DNA from: Candidatus Spongiisociaceae bacterium
GTDB taxonomy: Bacteria > Actinomycetota > Acidimicrobiia > Spongiisociales > Spongiisociaceae
Assembly: GCA_965262915.1 (NCBI GenBank)
Contig: OZ253564.1
Location: 3,808,001-3,872,000, forward strand
Reading direction: 5' to 3'
Length of the DNA: 64,000 nucleotides
Shown here: positions 11,906 to 21,485 of the stretch, piece after piece
How positions within the stretch are numbered: the first letter of the stretch is position 1
Layout of the letters: each line of letters opens with the position of its first letter
Translations under genes and position numbers: made by a program
Notes under the pieces: generated by a model
Databases searched by the model: none
What the model saw: only the letters and a program-made list of their open reading frames with translations
Told to the model about the DNA's origin: nothing

Positions 11906-12583
11906 GTGAAACCCGTCCGCTATAGCCCGGCCCGTCTTCGTATCGACGAGAACCCCACCGGCCATCCGTGCGCCGACATCCGGCACTACGAGGCCGATCT
12001 AGCACTTCTCAATCACCTGCTCCAGGAGCTGCGGGTGCTCCTACGCCAGGCTAGGGCAGGTGAAACGGTTCTCCGTCCGTACCAGACCATAAGCTGGCAC
12101 GAGGACGGACTACGACGTAGGACCGTCATGTGCGATCCGGCGGCCCTACTGAGAGGTCCGGATGTGTTGATCGTCGGATTCCTCGGGAACCGGCGGTCCA
12201 GCGACGAAGCCAACGCGATCGACGAGTTCGAGATAGACGTGATCGGCGAGTTCCGGCAGTACCCGGGAATACTCAGCTACTCCTCCACGGAACTGATCCC
12301 GAACCAATGGGCGAACCTGGTGGTCCACCAGGAGGTCGGAGACCGTGAAGACTGGCGCCACAGCGCGGTTCACATAGAAGCGGCTGAAGAACTGTCCCCC
12401 CGTGTCTATCACAGCGTCCGCATCCATAACGGCCGACTGAGCGGAGGGCCGATCAGCGACGGCAGCTTGATAGTAGAGACCACCAAGTACTGGGACTACG
12501 ACTCGGACCCGATGTGGCACGCGATCCGGACGCTCCCGGGAGGCATCACGACCGCAGACCGCCCGTGGCCGGGCCAACGATGA
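11906..12583 (+). CDS. Hypothetical protein, possibly dimeric alpha/beta barrel (ABM-like)
   Basis: GAGGAG RBS; coupled to neighbours; PGILSYSS...WANLVV...W..SAVH..A pattern. Confidence 0.65.
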   Translation: MKPVRYSPARLRIDENPTGHPCADIRHYEADLALLNHLLQELRVLLRQARAGETVLRPYQTISWHEDGLRRRTVMCDPAALLRGPDVLIVGFLGNRRSSDEANAIDEFEIDVIGEFRQYPGILSYSSTELIPNQWANLVVHQEVGDREDWRHSAVHIEAAEELSPRVYHSVRIHNGRLSGGPISDGSLIVETTKYWDYDSDPMWHAIRTLPGGITTADRPWPGQR

Positions 12584-13149
12584 CGGTTCGCCGGATCCTT
12601 TCGATAGGCCACCCGGCTCTACGGGTTAGAGCTGCGGAAGTGCCCAACGATGACATTGCCACGGCTGCCATCCAGGATCTGATCGACGATCTCATCGACA
12701 CCATGCGGCACGCCAATGGCTCGGGGATCGCCGCCAACCAGATAGGCGCATCCGTCCGCATAATGATCATGGAGGTCGACAGGAACCCGCGCTACCCGTA
12801 CAAGCCACCCATCCCCCTGACGGTGGCCATCAATCCCGAGTTCGAGCCGCTCGACAACCGGACGGTGGTCATCAACGAGGGGTGCCTGTCAGTCCCGCTG
12901 CGCGGTGAACTGATGCGCTCCGTCAACCTCGGGATTCGCTATACAGACCGCTACGGGAATGGCCACGAACAGGTGTTGCGCGGTCTCACCGCCGGAACCT
13001 GGCAGCACGAGTGCGACCATCTCGACGGGGTCTTGGTGGTCGACCGGATCGACCCCCGGACGCTCACCACCTGGGAGGAGTTCGACCGGCACCATCGTGA
13101 CCCCTTCGTCGAACGCATCACCCGGTTCGTCGCCGAGGTCGGGTCGTGA
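12580..13149 (+). CDS. def: Peptide deformylase-family protein
   Basis: All three motifs: GSGIAANQIG, EGCLS, QHECDHLDG; ATGA/GTGA overlaps on both sides. Confidence 0.9.
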   Translation: MTVRRILSIGHPALRVRAAEVPNDDIATAAIQDLIDDLIDTMRHANGSGIAANQIGASVRIMIMEVDRNPRYPYKPPIPLTVAINPEFEPLDNRTVVINEGCLSVPLRGELMRSVNLGIRYTDRYGNGHEQVLRGLTAGTWQHECDHLDGVLVVDRIDPRTLTTWEEFDRHHRDPFVERITRFVAEVGS

Positions 13150-14513
13150 AGACCCGGTACTGGTGCGAACTGGCCTGGCTCGGCGGCCCCAGGGCGACCC
13201 CCGGAGTCGTGATCGAGGTCGACGGCGACAGCATCATAGGGGTGGATCCAGGCCAAGCGGCCCCTCCACCCGACGCCACCCCTTTGATGGGTCTTACCCT
13301 CCCGGCGCTGGCCAACGCCCACAGCCACGCGTTTCACCGGGCTCTGCGGGGCCGCACCCACGGCGGTAGGGGTACGTTCTGGACTTGGCGTGACCTGATG
13401 TACCGGGTTGCTGGGATTCTTGACCCGGATAGTTACTACCGGCTGGCTCGGGCGACCTTCGCCGAGATGGCCTTGGCGGGAGTCGGGGTGGTCGGTGAGT
13501 TCCACTACGTCCATCATCGGCCTGCAGGGGGACCCTATGACGACCCGAACGCCATCGGGGTCAGCCTGGCAGCCGCGGCGCGGGATGCCGGAGTCCGTCT
13601 GACCCTGCTCGATGCGCTGTACCTGCACGGAGGGTTCGCCCCGGGATCGGAATCCGGGTACGCCCCGCCGACTCCCGAACAAGGCCGGTTCAGCGACGGG
13701 TCCGTGCATGCCTGGGCAGAGCGGGTGGCGAATTTGGCGGCCGGTGTTTCCGGGCCCCGCACGAAGGTGGGAGCCGCGGTTCACTCGGTACGCGCGGTCG
13801 ATCCGCCGTCGATCGAGGCCGCGGCCCTCTGGGTTAGCGAGAACAAGGTACCGCTTCACGTGCACGTCTCCGAGCAGCCTGCCGAGAACGAGGCGTGCCT
13901 GCAGGTCCACGGTCGAACCCCCACCGCCGTGTTGGCGGAGGCAGGAGCGCTCAGCCCGGACACCACGCTGGTCCACGCCACTCACCTTTCCGACCTTGAC
14001 ACCGCCACGATCGGCGAGGCGGGAGCGCACTGCTGCATCTGCCCGACCACCGAGCGCGACCTGGCCGACGGTATCGGCCCCAGCGAAGCGCTGGTGCGGG
14101 CCGGGGCGAGCCTTTGCCTGGGATCCGACTCCCACGCGGTCATCGACATCCTGGAGGAAGCTCGAGCTGTGGAGTTGGGCCAGCGGGTCCTGACGCACCG
14201 ACGGGGGATCCACTCCACCGAAACCCTCGGCTCCATCGCCACCGTCAACGGGTACAGGTCACTCGGGTGGGAAGACGGAGGCGCGATAAGGCCGGGCTGG
14301 CTCGCCGACTTCACCAGTGTCAGGCTGGACTCGGTCCGGCTGGCCGGGATCGACGCCGGCAACGCTTTCGACGCGGTGATCTTCGCCGCATCGAGCGCCG
14401 ATGCACACAACGTCGTCGTCGGGGGCCGCCCGGTCGTGGTCGATGGAACCCACGTCTCGATCGATGTTGCGGACGAACTCGACTCCGCTATCGCCAAGGT
14501 AGTGACGGCATGA
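13146..14513 (+). CDS. hutF: Formiminoglutamate deiminase
   Basis: [58 protein letters not shown]. Confidence 0.93.
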   Translation: MKTRYWCELAWLGGPRATPGVVIEVDGDSIIGVDPGQAAPPPDATPLMGLTLPALANAHSHAFHRALRGRTHGGRGTFWTWRDLMYRVAGILDPDSYYRLARATFAEMALAGVGVVGEFHYVHHRPAGGPYDDPNAIGVSLAAAARDAGVRLTLLDALYLHGGFAPGSESGYAPPTPEQGRFSDGSVHAWAERVANLAAGVSGPRTKVGAAVHSVRAVDPPSIEAAALWVSENKVPLHVHVSEQPAENEACLQVHGRTPTAVLAEAGALSPDTTLVHATHLSDLDTATIGEAGAHCCICPTTERDLADGIGPSEALVRAGASLCLGSDSHAVIDILEEARAVELGQRVLTHRRGIHSTETLGSIATVNGYRSLGWEDGGAIRPGWLADFTSVRLDSVRLAGIDAGNAFDAVIFAASSADAHNVVVGGRPVVVDGTHVSIDVADELDSAIAKVVTA

Positions 14514-15709
14514 CGCTGGTGATCGACAACATCGGCGAGTTGGTGACCAATGCTCCCGAACTCGGGGCCGGACCGCTGGGCATCGTCCGCGACGCGGCGA
14601 TCGTGGTAGACGGGGACACCGTGCTCTCGATCCGTCCCGCAGGCGCGTCAGCGGACGAGCGCCTCGACGCCGGGGGCAGGTGCGTCCTACCCGGGTTCGT
14701 GGACTCCCACACCCATCTGGTCTTCGCCGGTGACCGGGCGGAGGAATTCACGCGGCGCATGGCGGGCGAGAACTACGACGGGGGCGGGATCCGCGTGACG
14801 ACCGAGGCCACCCGCGCCGCAAGCCGGGATGAGTTGCGGAGGGGGCTCGACCGCAGGCTCACCGAAGTTCATCGCGCCGGCACCACCACTGTGGAGATCA
14901 AGTCCGGGTACGGGCTGTCGGTCGAGTCCGAAGCCGAGACCACCTCGCTGGCAGCGGAAGTGACCTCCGAGACCACCTTCATGGGCGCCCATGTTGTACC
15001 TCGGGAGTACTTGGGTCGGACCAACGACTACGTCGACCTGGTCTGCGGGCCGATGCTCGAAGCCGTGCGACCCCATGTGCGCTGGATCGACGTGTTCTGC
15101 GAGGAGGGCGCCTTCGACGTGGACCAATCGCGGGCGGTGCTCGAAGCCGGTCGTGCAGCAGGTCTCGGTCTGCGCCTCCACGCCAACCAACTGGGCCATG
15201 GACCCGGAGTCCGGCTCGGCGTGGAGATGGGCTGCGCATCCGTCGATCACTGTACCTACCTCTCCGATGACGACATCGAGGCGCTGGCCGGGAGCGAGAC
15301 CGTTGCCACCTTCCTCCCGGCGGCGGACTTCTCCACTCGTCAGCCGTATCCCGACGCCCGGAGGGTCATCGACGCGGGGGTTACCGTGGCGATCGCATCC
15401 AACTGCAATCCCGGGTCCAGCTACACCACTTCCATGTCGTTCTGCATCGCGCTGGCGGTACGCGACATGAACATGACCATCGACGAAGCACTGGCCGCGG
15501 CAACGACCGGCGGCGCAGCAGCTCTGAGAAGGAAGGACGTCGGGCGCCTCGTCCCCGGTGACCCGGCCCACCTCACCATCATCGACGCACCCAGCCGCCA
15601 CCACCTCGCTTACCGACCGGGCGTTCCGCTGATATGGCGGACGCTCGGCGCCGACTACCGACGACCGGCCACCGACCACCGAAACCAAGAGAGAGAGGTC
15701 ACAGCATGA
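14510..15709 (+). CDS. hutI: Imidazolonepropionase
   Basis: [49 protein letters not shown]. Confidence 0.95.
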   Translation: MTLVIDNIGELVTNAPELGAGPLGIVRDAAIVVDGDTVLSIRPAGASADERLDAGGRCVLPGFVDSHTHLVFAGDRAEEFTRRMAGENYDGGGIRVTTEATRAASRDELRRGLDRRLTEVHRAGTTTVEIKSGYGLSVESEAETTSLAAEVTSETTFMGAHVVPREYLGRTNDYVDLVCGPMLEAVRPHVRWIDVFCEEGAFDVDQSRAVLEAGRAAGLGLRLHANQLGHGPGVRLGVEMGCASVDHCTYLSDDDIEALAGSETVATFLPAADFSTRQPYPDARRVIDAGVTVAIASNCNPGSSYTTSMSFCIALAVRDMNMTIDEALAAATTGGAAALRRKDVGRLVPGDPAHLTIIDAPSRHHLAYRPGVPLIWRTLGADYRRPATDHRNQEREVTA

Positions 15710-17163
15710 ACGTCCCCAACCCGACCGGACACAACCAGTGGTATCCATTCGCCAACCGTCCTCTGCCTCCTGACGTAAACGGCGAGGCGGCCAACCCCGC
15801 GGCGATCCCGGTCTTCGACTCCGTACCCCTGCCGCCGAGCGCAAGGTTCGTCGTGGTCGGTGCCGGCATCCACGGACTGTCGAGCGCCTATCACCTGGCC
15901 ATGTATCTCGAGCGTTCGGGCAAGGGTAAGGGCAGCGACGTCGTCCTGATCGACAAGCAGGGCCCCGGCGCCGGCGCCACCGGCCTGGCCTGCGGCTGCG
16001 TCCGGAACCTCTACATGACCCCTCCGCTGCATGCCATCCTGCGCGCCAGCGTGGAAGTGTGGGAATCCGATCCCGTGAACCTCGGCTTCCAGCAGGTCGG
16101 ATATGTCTCGGTAGGCGAGGCGAACCAGGAGGAGGATTACATCAAGCTCCAAGCATCGCAGGCAGCGAGCGGGTATCCGTCGGACCTCTACACGGGCTCC
16201 GACGCTCACGCGTTCCTCAACAAGCTGTGGCCGGACTTCAAGACCGACAACTGCGATATCGTGCTCCACGAGCACCGCTCCGGCTACGCAGGCACCCACA
16301 TCGCCGTGTGGGGCCTCGACCAGAAGTGCCGGCAGTGGGGTGTGCAGCGCGTTTACGGCACCAGTGTCACCGGCTATGCACGCGATGCCTCCGGATCCGT
16401 CACCGCGGTCGAGACCGACCAAGGATCCATCTCCTGCGAGCAGGTCATCGTGGGTGCAGGGGCTTGGACGCCCGTGCACTGGGAGTGGCTCGGCGGCCCT
16501 TCGCACCTCGATGTTCTCTATCCGGATGGCCACGTCGAGGAGCAGATGGACATGTGGACCTACTGGCGCCTGCTCGAAGGTGAGGTCCTTCTGCCCGAAG
16601 GGGTGGACTTCCGCACGGCCCAACACCGGGATTCACCCGTGCTGCACGTCGAACTCATGGACACACCCGTTTATGGCGAAGACGGCGCGATGATCCTGGA
16701 CAACTTCTACGTCTACACCCGCTACGCCGCCGAACGAGTGGGAGCACCCGGACTCCAAGGCGGGACCATCCCCATCAAGATCGGCCCCCGAGCGGCCCTC
16801 GAACCCTACGGCCACCTCAACGATATGTACCAGGCTGATTCGTGGTTCGCCGACTACTACTGTGCCGCTCTCGGGATGCTGTTCAAGCGGCTCGAGAACC
16901 TGCGGCCCTACTTCAAGGAGCGTCGCAACGGGGGTATCGGCGCGTTCACGCCCGACAACGTACCGGTATTCGATCACCTGACCGACAACGCTTGGGTGAT
17001 CGCCGACTCCAACCACGGCTTCAAGATGATCGGTGTGGGCAAGCTTACCGCTCAGATGCTCGTGCATGGTGACAAGCCTGACGAGTTGAAGCCCTTCACC
17101 CTCGGTCGGTACAGCACGGGCGGCACCTTCGGAGACCGGAACTCGAACAGTCCGTGGGTCTAG
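15706..17163 (+). CDS. FAD-dependent oxidoreductase (DAO / sarcosine-oxidase-beta-like)
   Basis: [37 protein letters not shown]; ATGA overlap with hutI. Confidence 0.85.
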   Translation: MNVPNPTGHNQWYPFANRPLPPDVNGEAANPAAIPVFDSVPLPPSARFVVVGAGIHGLSSAYHLAMYLERSGKGKGSDVVLIDKQGPGAGATGLACGCVRNLYMTPPLHAILRASVEVWESDPVNLGFQQVGYVSVGEANQEEDYIKLQASQAASGYPSDLYTGSDAHAFLNKLWPDFKTDNCDIVLHEHRSGYAGTHIAVWGLDQKCRQWGVQRVYGTSVTGYARDASGSVTAVETDQGSISCEQVIVGAGAWTPVHWEWLGGPSHLDVLYPDGHVEEQMDMWTYWRLLEGEVLLPEGVDFRTAQHRDSPVLHVELMDTPVYGEDGAMILDNFYVYTRYAAERVGAPGLQGGTIPIKIGPRAALEPYGHLNDMYQADSWFADYYCAALGMLFKRLENLRPYFKERRNGGIGAFTPDNVPVFDHLTDNAWVIADSNHGFKMIGVGKLTAQMLVHGDKPDELKPFTLGRYSTGGTFGDRNSNSPWV

Positions 17164-17180
17164 AAGTGGTGGACCCCCAT

Positions 17181-17375
17181 TAGCCTGAATCCACCGATTC
17201 ATGTTCCGAAAACCAATCCTGACCAGGGCGATCTCCGGGATCCACCACTCACAGGAAGTTGCTCCTCTTCCCAGGACCGAACCATCCTTACCAATAGCTA
17301 TCGCCGCAGATCAGGAGGCATTTCCACCATATCTCCATGTCCGCTGCGCGCTCCCCGTCGGTGGATTCAGGATTA
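17181..17375. mobile_element. MITE-like element type A
   Basis: Perfect 14-bp terminal inverted repeat CCTGAATCCACCGA (17184-97) / TCGGTGGATTCAGG (17358-71), TA-rich flanks, no coding capacity. Confidence 0.6.
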
Positions 17376-17490
17376 GGAGGGTGGTGTGAAACCCCTGCAA
17401 AGGGGTTCGCACGGTAGCCGACAAGCCTCAGACCAGGTGGTTTGCCAGTCGGCGAACCCCGCAGAGATTCGTTGCTCAGCACCCTCCTAA
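17373..17490. mobile_element. MITE-like / structured element type B, copy 1
   Basis: TTAGGAGGGTGGTG...CAGCACCCTCCTAA TIR; internal GGGGTTCGC...GCGAACCCC; homologous to 57096-57213. Confidence 0.7.
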
Positions 17491-17574
17491 GATGCTGAGC
17501 AACCTCCGGCTTACAGCAGGTCGATCGATGGCATAGACGGTGGCCCGCCGGACGCGGCAAGAGGACGGTAGACG

Positions 17575-18324
17575 TTGAGCACCCCGGCAGAAGCGCCTCT
17601 GAGAGCTGCAACCTATCTGGGCGACAACACACTGGCCATCATGAGCGACCTGGTGGAGCACCTGTCGGAGGCGACAGGAATCGAGGTGGCTGTCGACTGC
17701 ACGGCGGGGAGGAGCACGGCCGAAGCGGGCCGCCAAGCTCCCGACCTTGATCTTGTGTGGATGTGCGGGCACCTGACCGCGTCGCTCATCTCCACGGGCC
17801 GGATGTCCCACAGGATCGTGGCCGCACCGGTCTTCGCCGGGTCCGGGGGACCGGTCTACCACTCGGTGATCGTCAGCCGAGAAGACGGCCCCTCGTCGCT
17901 GCCTGCCGCGCTGGATACCAGGCTGGCAGTTAACGAAATCGAGTCCTGGTCCGGTTTTCTCGGATTGAAGGCCCATGTCGAGCGGTCCTTCCCCGGTGCC
18001 TGGTTCATCGATCAGGCAGTGACCGGTTCGCATCGGGCCTCGATCGAAGCTCTCGCTAACGGGACCTGCGATGTCGCCTCCATCGACGTAACAGTCTGGG
18101 AGCACGCAGTGGCCGAGCAACCCGTCGAGGTTGCCGACCTTCGCGTGATCGACCGCACGGTCGACTGGCCGGCGCCGCCATTCAGCTTGGGGACGCATCT
18201 CGACTTGGGACGACGGAAAAGCCTCAGGGCGGCCCTGCTCGCAATCGGACCATCGGACATAGCCTCCCTGGACGGCGTCGTTCCCGTCGATTCCGGTGTC
18301 TACCAGGAGGTGATGCGTGTCTGA
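17575..18324 (+). CDS. Orphan PhnD-like (phosphate/phosphonate) substrate-binding-fold protein
   Basis: WMCG, YHSVIV, SWSGF, TGSHRASI, DVASID, PAPPF; no signal peptide or permease nearby. Confidence 0.75.
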   Translation: MSTPAEAPLRAATYLGDNTLAIMSDLVEHLSEATGIEVAVDCTAGRSTAEAGRQAPDLDLVWMCGHLTASLISTGRMSHRIVAAPVFAGSGGPVYHSVIVSREDGPSSLPAALDTRLAVNEIESWSGFLGLKAHVERSFPGAWFIDQAVTGSHRASIEALANGTCDVASIDVTVWEHAVAEQPVEVADLRVIDRTVDWPAPPFSLGTHLDLGRRKSLRAALLAIGPSDIASLDGVVPVDSGVYQEVMRV

Positions 18325-18372
18325 CAACCTGGCATGCTTGCTGAATGATGTCTGTTATGTCATTATGCATGC

Positions 18373-18609
18373 ATGCCGGTCCAGATCACCATACGAGGCG
18401 TCCCAGAGGAAGTCCGCGACGAGTTGGCCGCCAGAGCCGCTCTCAACCGTCAGTCGATGCAGGAGTTCCTGCGCACCGAACTCGAGCGCATTGCGTCGCG
18501 ACCGTCCCTCGCCACGCTGCTCTCCGAGGTCAGACGCCGCAAGGAGGCCGCCGGGACCATCGTTCCGAGTTCGCTGATCGTCCATGAGCGAGACGCGGAC
18601 CGGAGGTGA
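18373..18609 (+). CDS. FitA-like RHH antitoxin
   Basis: QITIRGVPEEVRDELAARAALNRQSMQEFLR. Confidence 0.85.
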   Translation: MPVQITIRGVPEEVRDELAARAALNRQSMQEFLRTELERIASRPSLATLLSEVRRRKEAAGTIVPSSLIVHERDADRR

Positions 18610-19013
18610 AGGCGGTTGTCGACGCTTCGGTGCTGGTCGCGGCGCTGGTCGATACCGGCAACGACGGCCCCTGGGCGGAGAACGTGATTTCGGAGGGTCC
18701 GCTGGCCACACCGGAACTGGCTCTGGTCGAAGCGACCAACATCCTGCGGCGATTGGAGCAGACCGGTCTGATCTCGCAGCTGGAAGCCACGGCCTCCCAC
18801 CGGGACCTGCTGCGGCTGGACGTGGAGTTCTACCCGTTCGCGCCGGTGGCCGACAGGGTATGGGAGTTGCGCCACAACCTCACCAGCTATGACGCCTGGT
18901 ACGTGGCTCTGGCCGAAGCGCTCGATTTCCCACTCGTGACCCTAGACCGGAAACTCGGCCGAGCCCCAGGACCGAGATGCGATGTGATCGTGCCGCCGCG
19001 CAGGAAGGCATGA
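18606..19013 (+). CDS. vapC: VapC PIN toxin
   Basis: VVDASVLV...E...LTSYDAWYVALAE...VTLDRKL. Confidence 0.9.
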   Translation: MKAVVDASVLVAALVDTGNDGPWAENVISEGPLATPELALVEATNILRRLEQTGLISQLEATASHRDLLRLDVEFYPFAPVADRVWELRHNLTSYDAWYVALAEALDFPLVTLDRKLGRAPGPRCDVIVPPRRKA

Positions 19014-19083
19014 GAACGACCGTTTCGCGACCCGTTCGGCCCAGAAACCACTGCAGCCGACTGCGTGACCTCGGTTACGTTCG

Positions 19084-20664
19084 CTACAGCGCCGTAGTCG
19101 GCTCGATTCGAGCGGAGGGACGGAGTTTCTTGCCGTTCAACATCGCTCCGATCGGGGAGTAGCGGACCAACAACTGGTAGCTAGCCAGCAGGAGACCGGT
19201 TACCACCGAACAGATCATCAGGAACTTGACTTCCGCCGGGAGGCTCCAATACCGAACGAGCGCTTGGGCGACCACCACCAATGGAAGATGGGCCAGGTAC
19301 AGCCAGTAAGAGGAATCGGAGAGGTATCGAACACCCCGGCGTTCCTTCGGAAGCAGCACACGGAACAACCCGATCAGACCGAGGCACATCCCCCACGCGT
19401 AGGCCACCTGCAGGACAGAGGCCAGCGGCCAGGAGAGCATCTCCGGCTCGAAGGTGAAGACCAAGCCGGCCGGGAACACGACCAGGAACGAAACCGGTAG
19501 GAAGAGCCACCATGGTCTCCCGACCGTGTCGACCAGCGGCATACCCATGCGGCCCTGGCGCCTGTACATCAGGGCCCCGAATGCGAAGAAGGTGGCGTAG
19601 TAGGCCAGTACGTGGGGAAGGGGAACGAGACCATCCGAGGTGTCAGGTCCGAAGACAGGATAGGCGCCACCCCCGCCCATGAAGAGTTGCGGCACGATCG
19701 TAAGGGGGATCATCGACCACATGACCCACCTCGGCCAGATAGCTTGCCCGGGGCGGGGATCCCGGCGGTCCGCCACCCATGCCACTATTGCAAAGCCTGC
19801 CATCAACCAAAGGAGAAACCAGAGGAACCAGAGGTGATAGAAACGTTGGATAGAGGACAGGTCGAGCCGGGCAGCCGAACCGTTGTCTTCCTCCTTTTCG
19901 ACAGCCCCTGCTCCCCAACCCGGGATCTCCAACCACTCCATCCCTTCTGGTAGTGGGTTCCCACCTCCGTAGGTCACCAGCAGGTCGGCCGCCTCCTCAT
20001 GGCCGAAGTGGAAGGCCACGCCGAGGGGCGTCTCGCCCTCCGAAGCGGTGGCGACCGGCTCCGGCTCGGCTCCGCGTGAGAGCAGCAAGTCCAGCATCTC
20101 GGTGTCACCGGTGAGGGCAGCCGCGTGGAGAAGCGTCCAACCGCCCGGCTCGCTGCGGAGGTCGGCATCGAAGCCCCTGTCCAGAAGTTGCTCCACCCCG
20201 AACAAATCACCGACGAACACCTTGCCGAAGATGTCATCGTCCGCCACCTGCGGCGCCGGTGCGGACTCGGCCGCCCAGTCACCGACAAAGCTGGTCAGCG
20301 GAACGATCGCGAACATGGCGATCAACAGCGGGAGCGCCACCCGCCGCAGCCGATGCTTCAGCAGGGCGCCGAGGCCGCGCCGACGCCACAACAGCGCGGT
20401 GAAGAACCCGCTCATCAGGAAGAACACCGGCATCCGGAAGCCGTGTACCGCCCACAGGAACTCGTCGAACAGACCGTCGAGGCCGGAGGTACGGTCCTGA
20501 ACCCACCAAGGCGCCGGGAAGAAGGCCAGGGAGGCATGCAGACCAATGCCCAGCAGCATGGCAAAACCCCGCAGAGCATCCAGGTCGTAACGGCGAGGCT
20601 CTGCGGGCGCGGTGGCTGTCGGCTCCGATACCGGTGAAGTCGAAATGTCGCCCGCCACGATCAC
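19084..20664 (-). CDS. Acyltransferase-3 (OpgC/MdoC-like) membrane protein with inserted ankyrin repeats
   Basis: RRYDLDALRGFAMLLGIGLH, FRMPVFF, HLWFLW, SYWLYLAHLP; insert GWTLLHAAALTGDTEMLDLLL and GETPLGVAFHFGHEEAADLL. Confidence 0.85.
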   Translation of the reverse strand: MIVAGDISTSPVSEPTATAPAEPRRYDLDALRGFAMLLGIGLHASLAFFPAPWWVQDRTSGLDGLFDEFLWAVHGFRMPVFFLMSGFFTALLWRRRGLGALLKHRLRRVALPLLIAMFAIVPLTSFVGDWAAESAPAPQVADDDIFGKVFVGDLFGVEQLLDRGFDADLRSEPGGWTLLHAAALTGDTEMLDLLLSRGAEPEPVATASEGETPLGVAFHFGHEEAADLLVTYGGGNPLPEGMEWLEIPGWGAGAVEKEEDNGSAARLDLSSIQRFYHLWFLWFLLWLMAGFAIVAWVADRRDPRPGQAIWPRWVMWSMIPLTIVPQLFMGGGGAYPVFGPDTSDGLVPLPHVLAYYATFFAFGALMYRRQGRMGMPLVDTVGRPWWLFLPVSFLVVFPAGLVFTFEPEMLSWPLASVLQVAYAWGMCLGLIGLFRVLLPKERRGVRYLSDSSYWLYLAHLPLVVVAQALVRYWSLPAEVKFLMICSVVTGLLLASYQLLVRYSPIGAMLNGKKLRPSARIEPTTAL

Positions 20665-20675
20665 GCCATCCGGGG

Positions 20676-20840
20676 TTACCCGCCGGCAGGTGGTCCGCCG
20701 CCCAGGTCTTCAGCCGAGCCCCACCCGCCGGCGGTTCCAAAGCTCCCATTGCTCGACGTGACGCAGACCGGCCTCCGATAGCCGGGCACGGAGCCACCCG
20801 GTTCACTCGGTTCAACCAAGACTTCGCCGCGGCCGATCAC
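20676..20840 (-). pseudogene. Decayed MazF/PemK toxin remnant
   Basis: GTG overlapping the antitoxin stop: VIGRGEVLVEPSEPGGSVPGYRRPV, like the MazF N-terminus RGE..W.DL..P.GSEPGYRRPV; degenerates afterwards. Confidence 0.6.
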
Positions 20841-21067
20841 CAGCGGTCGGACAGAGCTCGCGCTTGGGCGGCGCGCAGGGGAGCGGAAACCTGTGACGGC
20901 TCCTCGGAGTAGATGGCGTCGAGGCGAGCCGTGACCGCTTCACTGTCCGTATCCGCCGGCAGGCGCTCTCGTGCATTGGCGAACAGACGCGACCGCGACC
21001 GCCGGAGCCGTTCCGCCAACCGTCCGGTGAACTCGGGACCAACGCGGTCTCCACCGGACGGTTTCAA
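20837..21067 (-). CDS. RHH antitoxin of MazF-type system (N-terminus degraded)
   Basis: LAERLRRSRSRLFA...AVTARLDAIYSEEPS...LRAAQARAL..W. Confidence 0.6.
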   Translation of the reverse strand: MKPSGGDRVGPEFTGRLAERLRRSRSRLFANARERLPADTDSEAVTARLDAIYSEEPSQVSAPLRAAQARALSDRW

Positions 21068-21354
21068 ACAGCCATCTCCACGAGGGGTTCGATACCGCTG
21101 GCGTCGGTCGTGGCGCGAGCCGCGTCCAGGTCATACATGCGCTGCAGATTCAGCCAGAATTCAGCAGTCATACCCAGGGCTTTTCCGACTCTCAACGCGG
21201 TGTCCGCCGTGACAGACCTGCGGCAATGCACGATGTCGTTGATGCGGATCGGCGTCACTCCAATCGTCTTGGCCAGTCGATACTGAGAAATGCCAAGTTC
21301 GCTCAGGATCTCGCCCAAGTGTTCCCCGGGATGGATTGGTTCGGCTGTGGTCAT
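21064..21354 (-). CDS. higA: HigA antitoxin
   Basis: PIHPGEHL, SQYRLAK, RSVTADTALR, FWLNLQRMYDL. Confidence 0.9.
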   Translation of the reverse strand: MTTAEPIHPGEHLGEILSELGISQYRLAKTIGVTPIRINDIVHCRRSVTADTALRVGKALGMTAEFWLNLQRMYDLDAARATTDASGIEPLVEMAV

Positions 21355-21363
21355 GGTTCCTCC

Positions 21364-21465
21364 CCAGTGATAATCGGTGACTTCTATCTCCATCGCACCT
21401 CGGTCAGTCCAGACGAAGCACACTCGCCACTGGTCGTTGATGCGGATGCTGAGTTGGCGTACCAC
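21364..21465 (-). pseudogene. higB: C-terminal third of HigB toxin, stop read through into higA
   Basis: SIRINDQWRVCFVW...EVTDYH followed by TGG in place of a stop; N-terminal part absent, recD ends 20 bp upstream. Confidence 0.8.
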
Positions 21466-21485
21466 GGTATCACCGACCTACTCCC

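Noticed and set aside
21064-21465. Genuine HigB-HigA fusion protein
   Set aside because: Only about 30 C-terminal HigB residues remain and higA has its own GGAGG RBS; better explained as a remnant with a lost stop.
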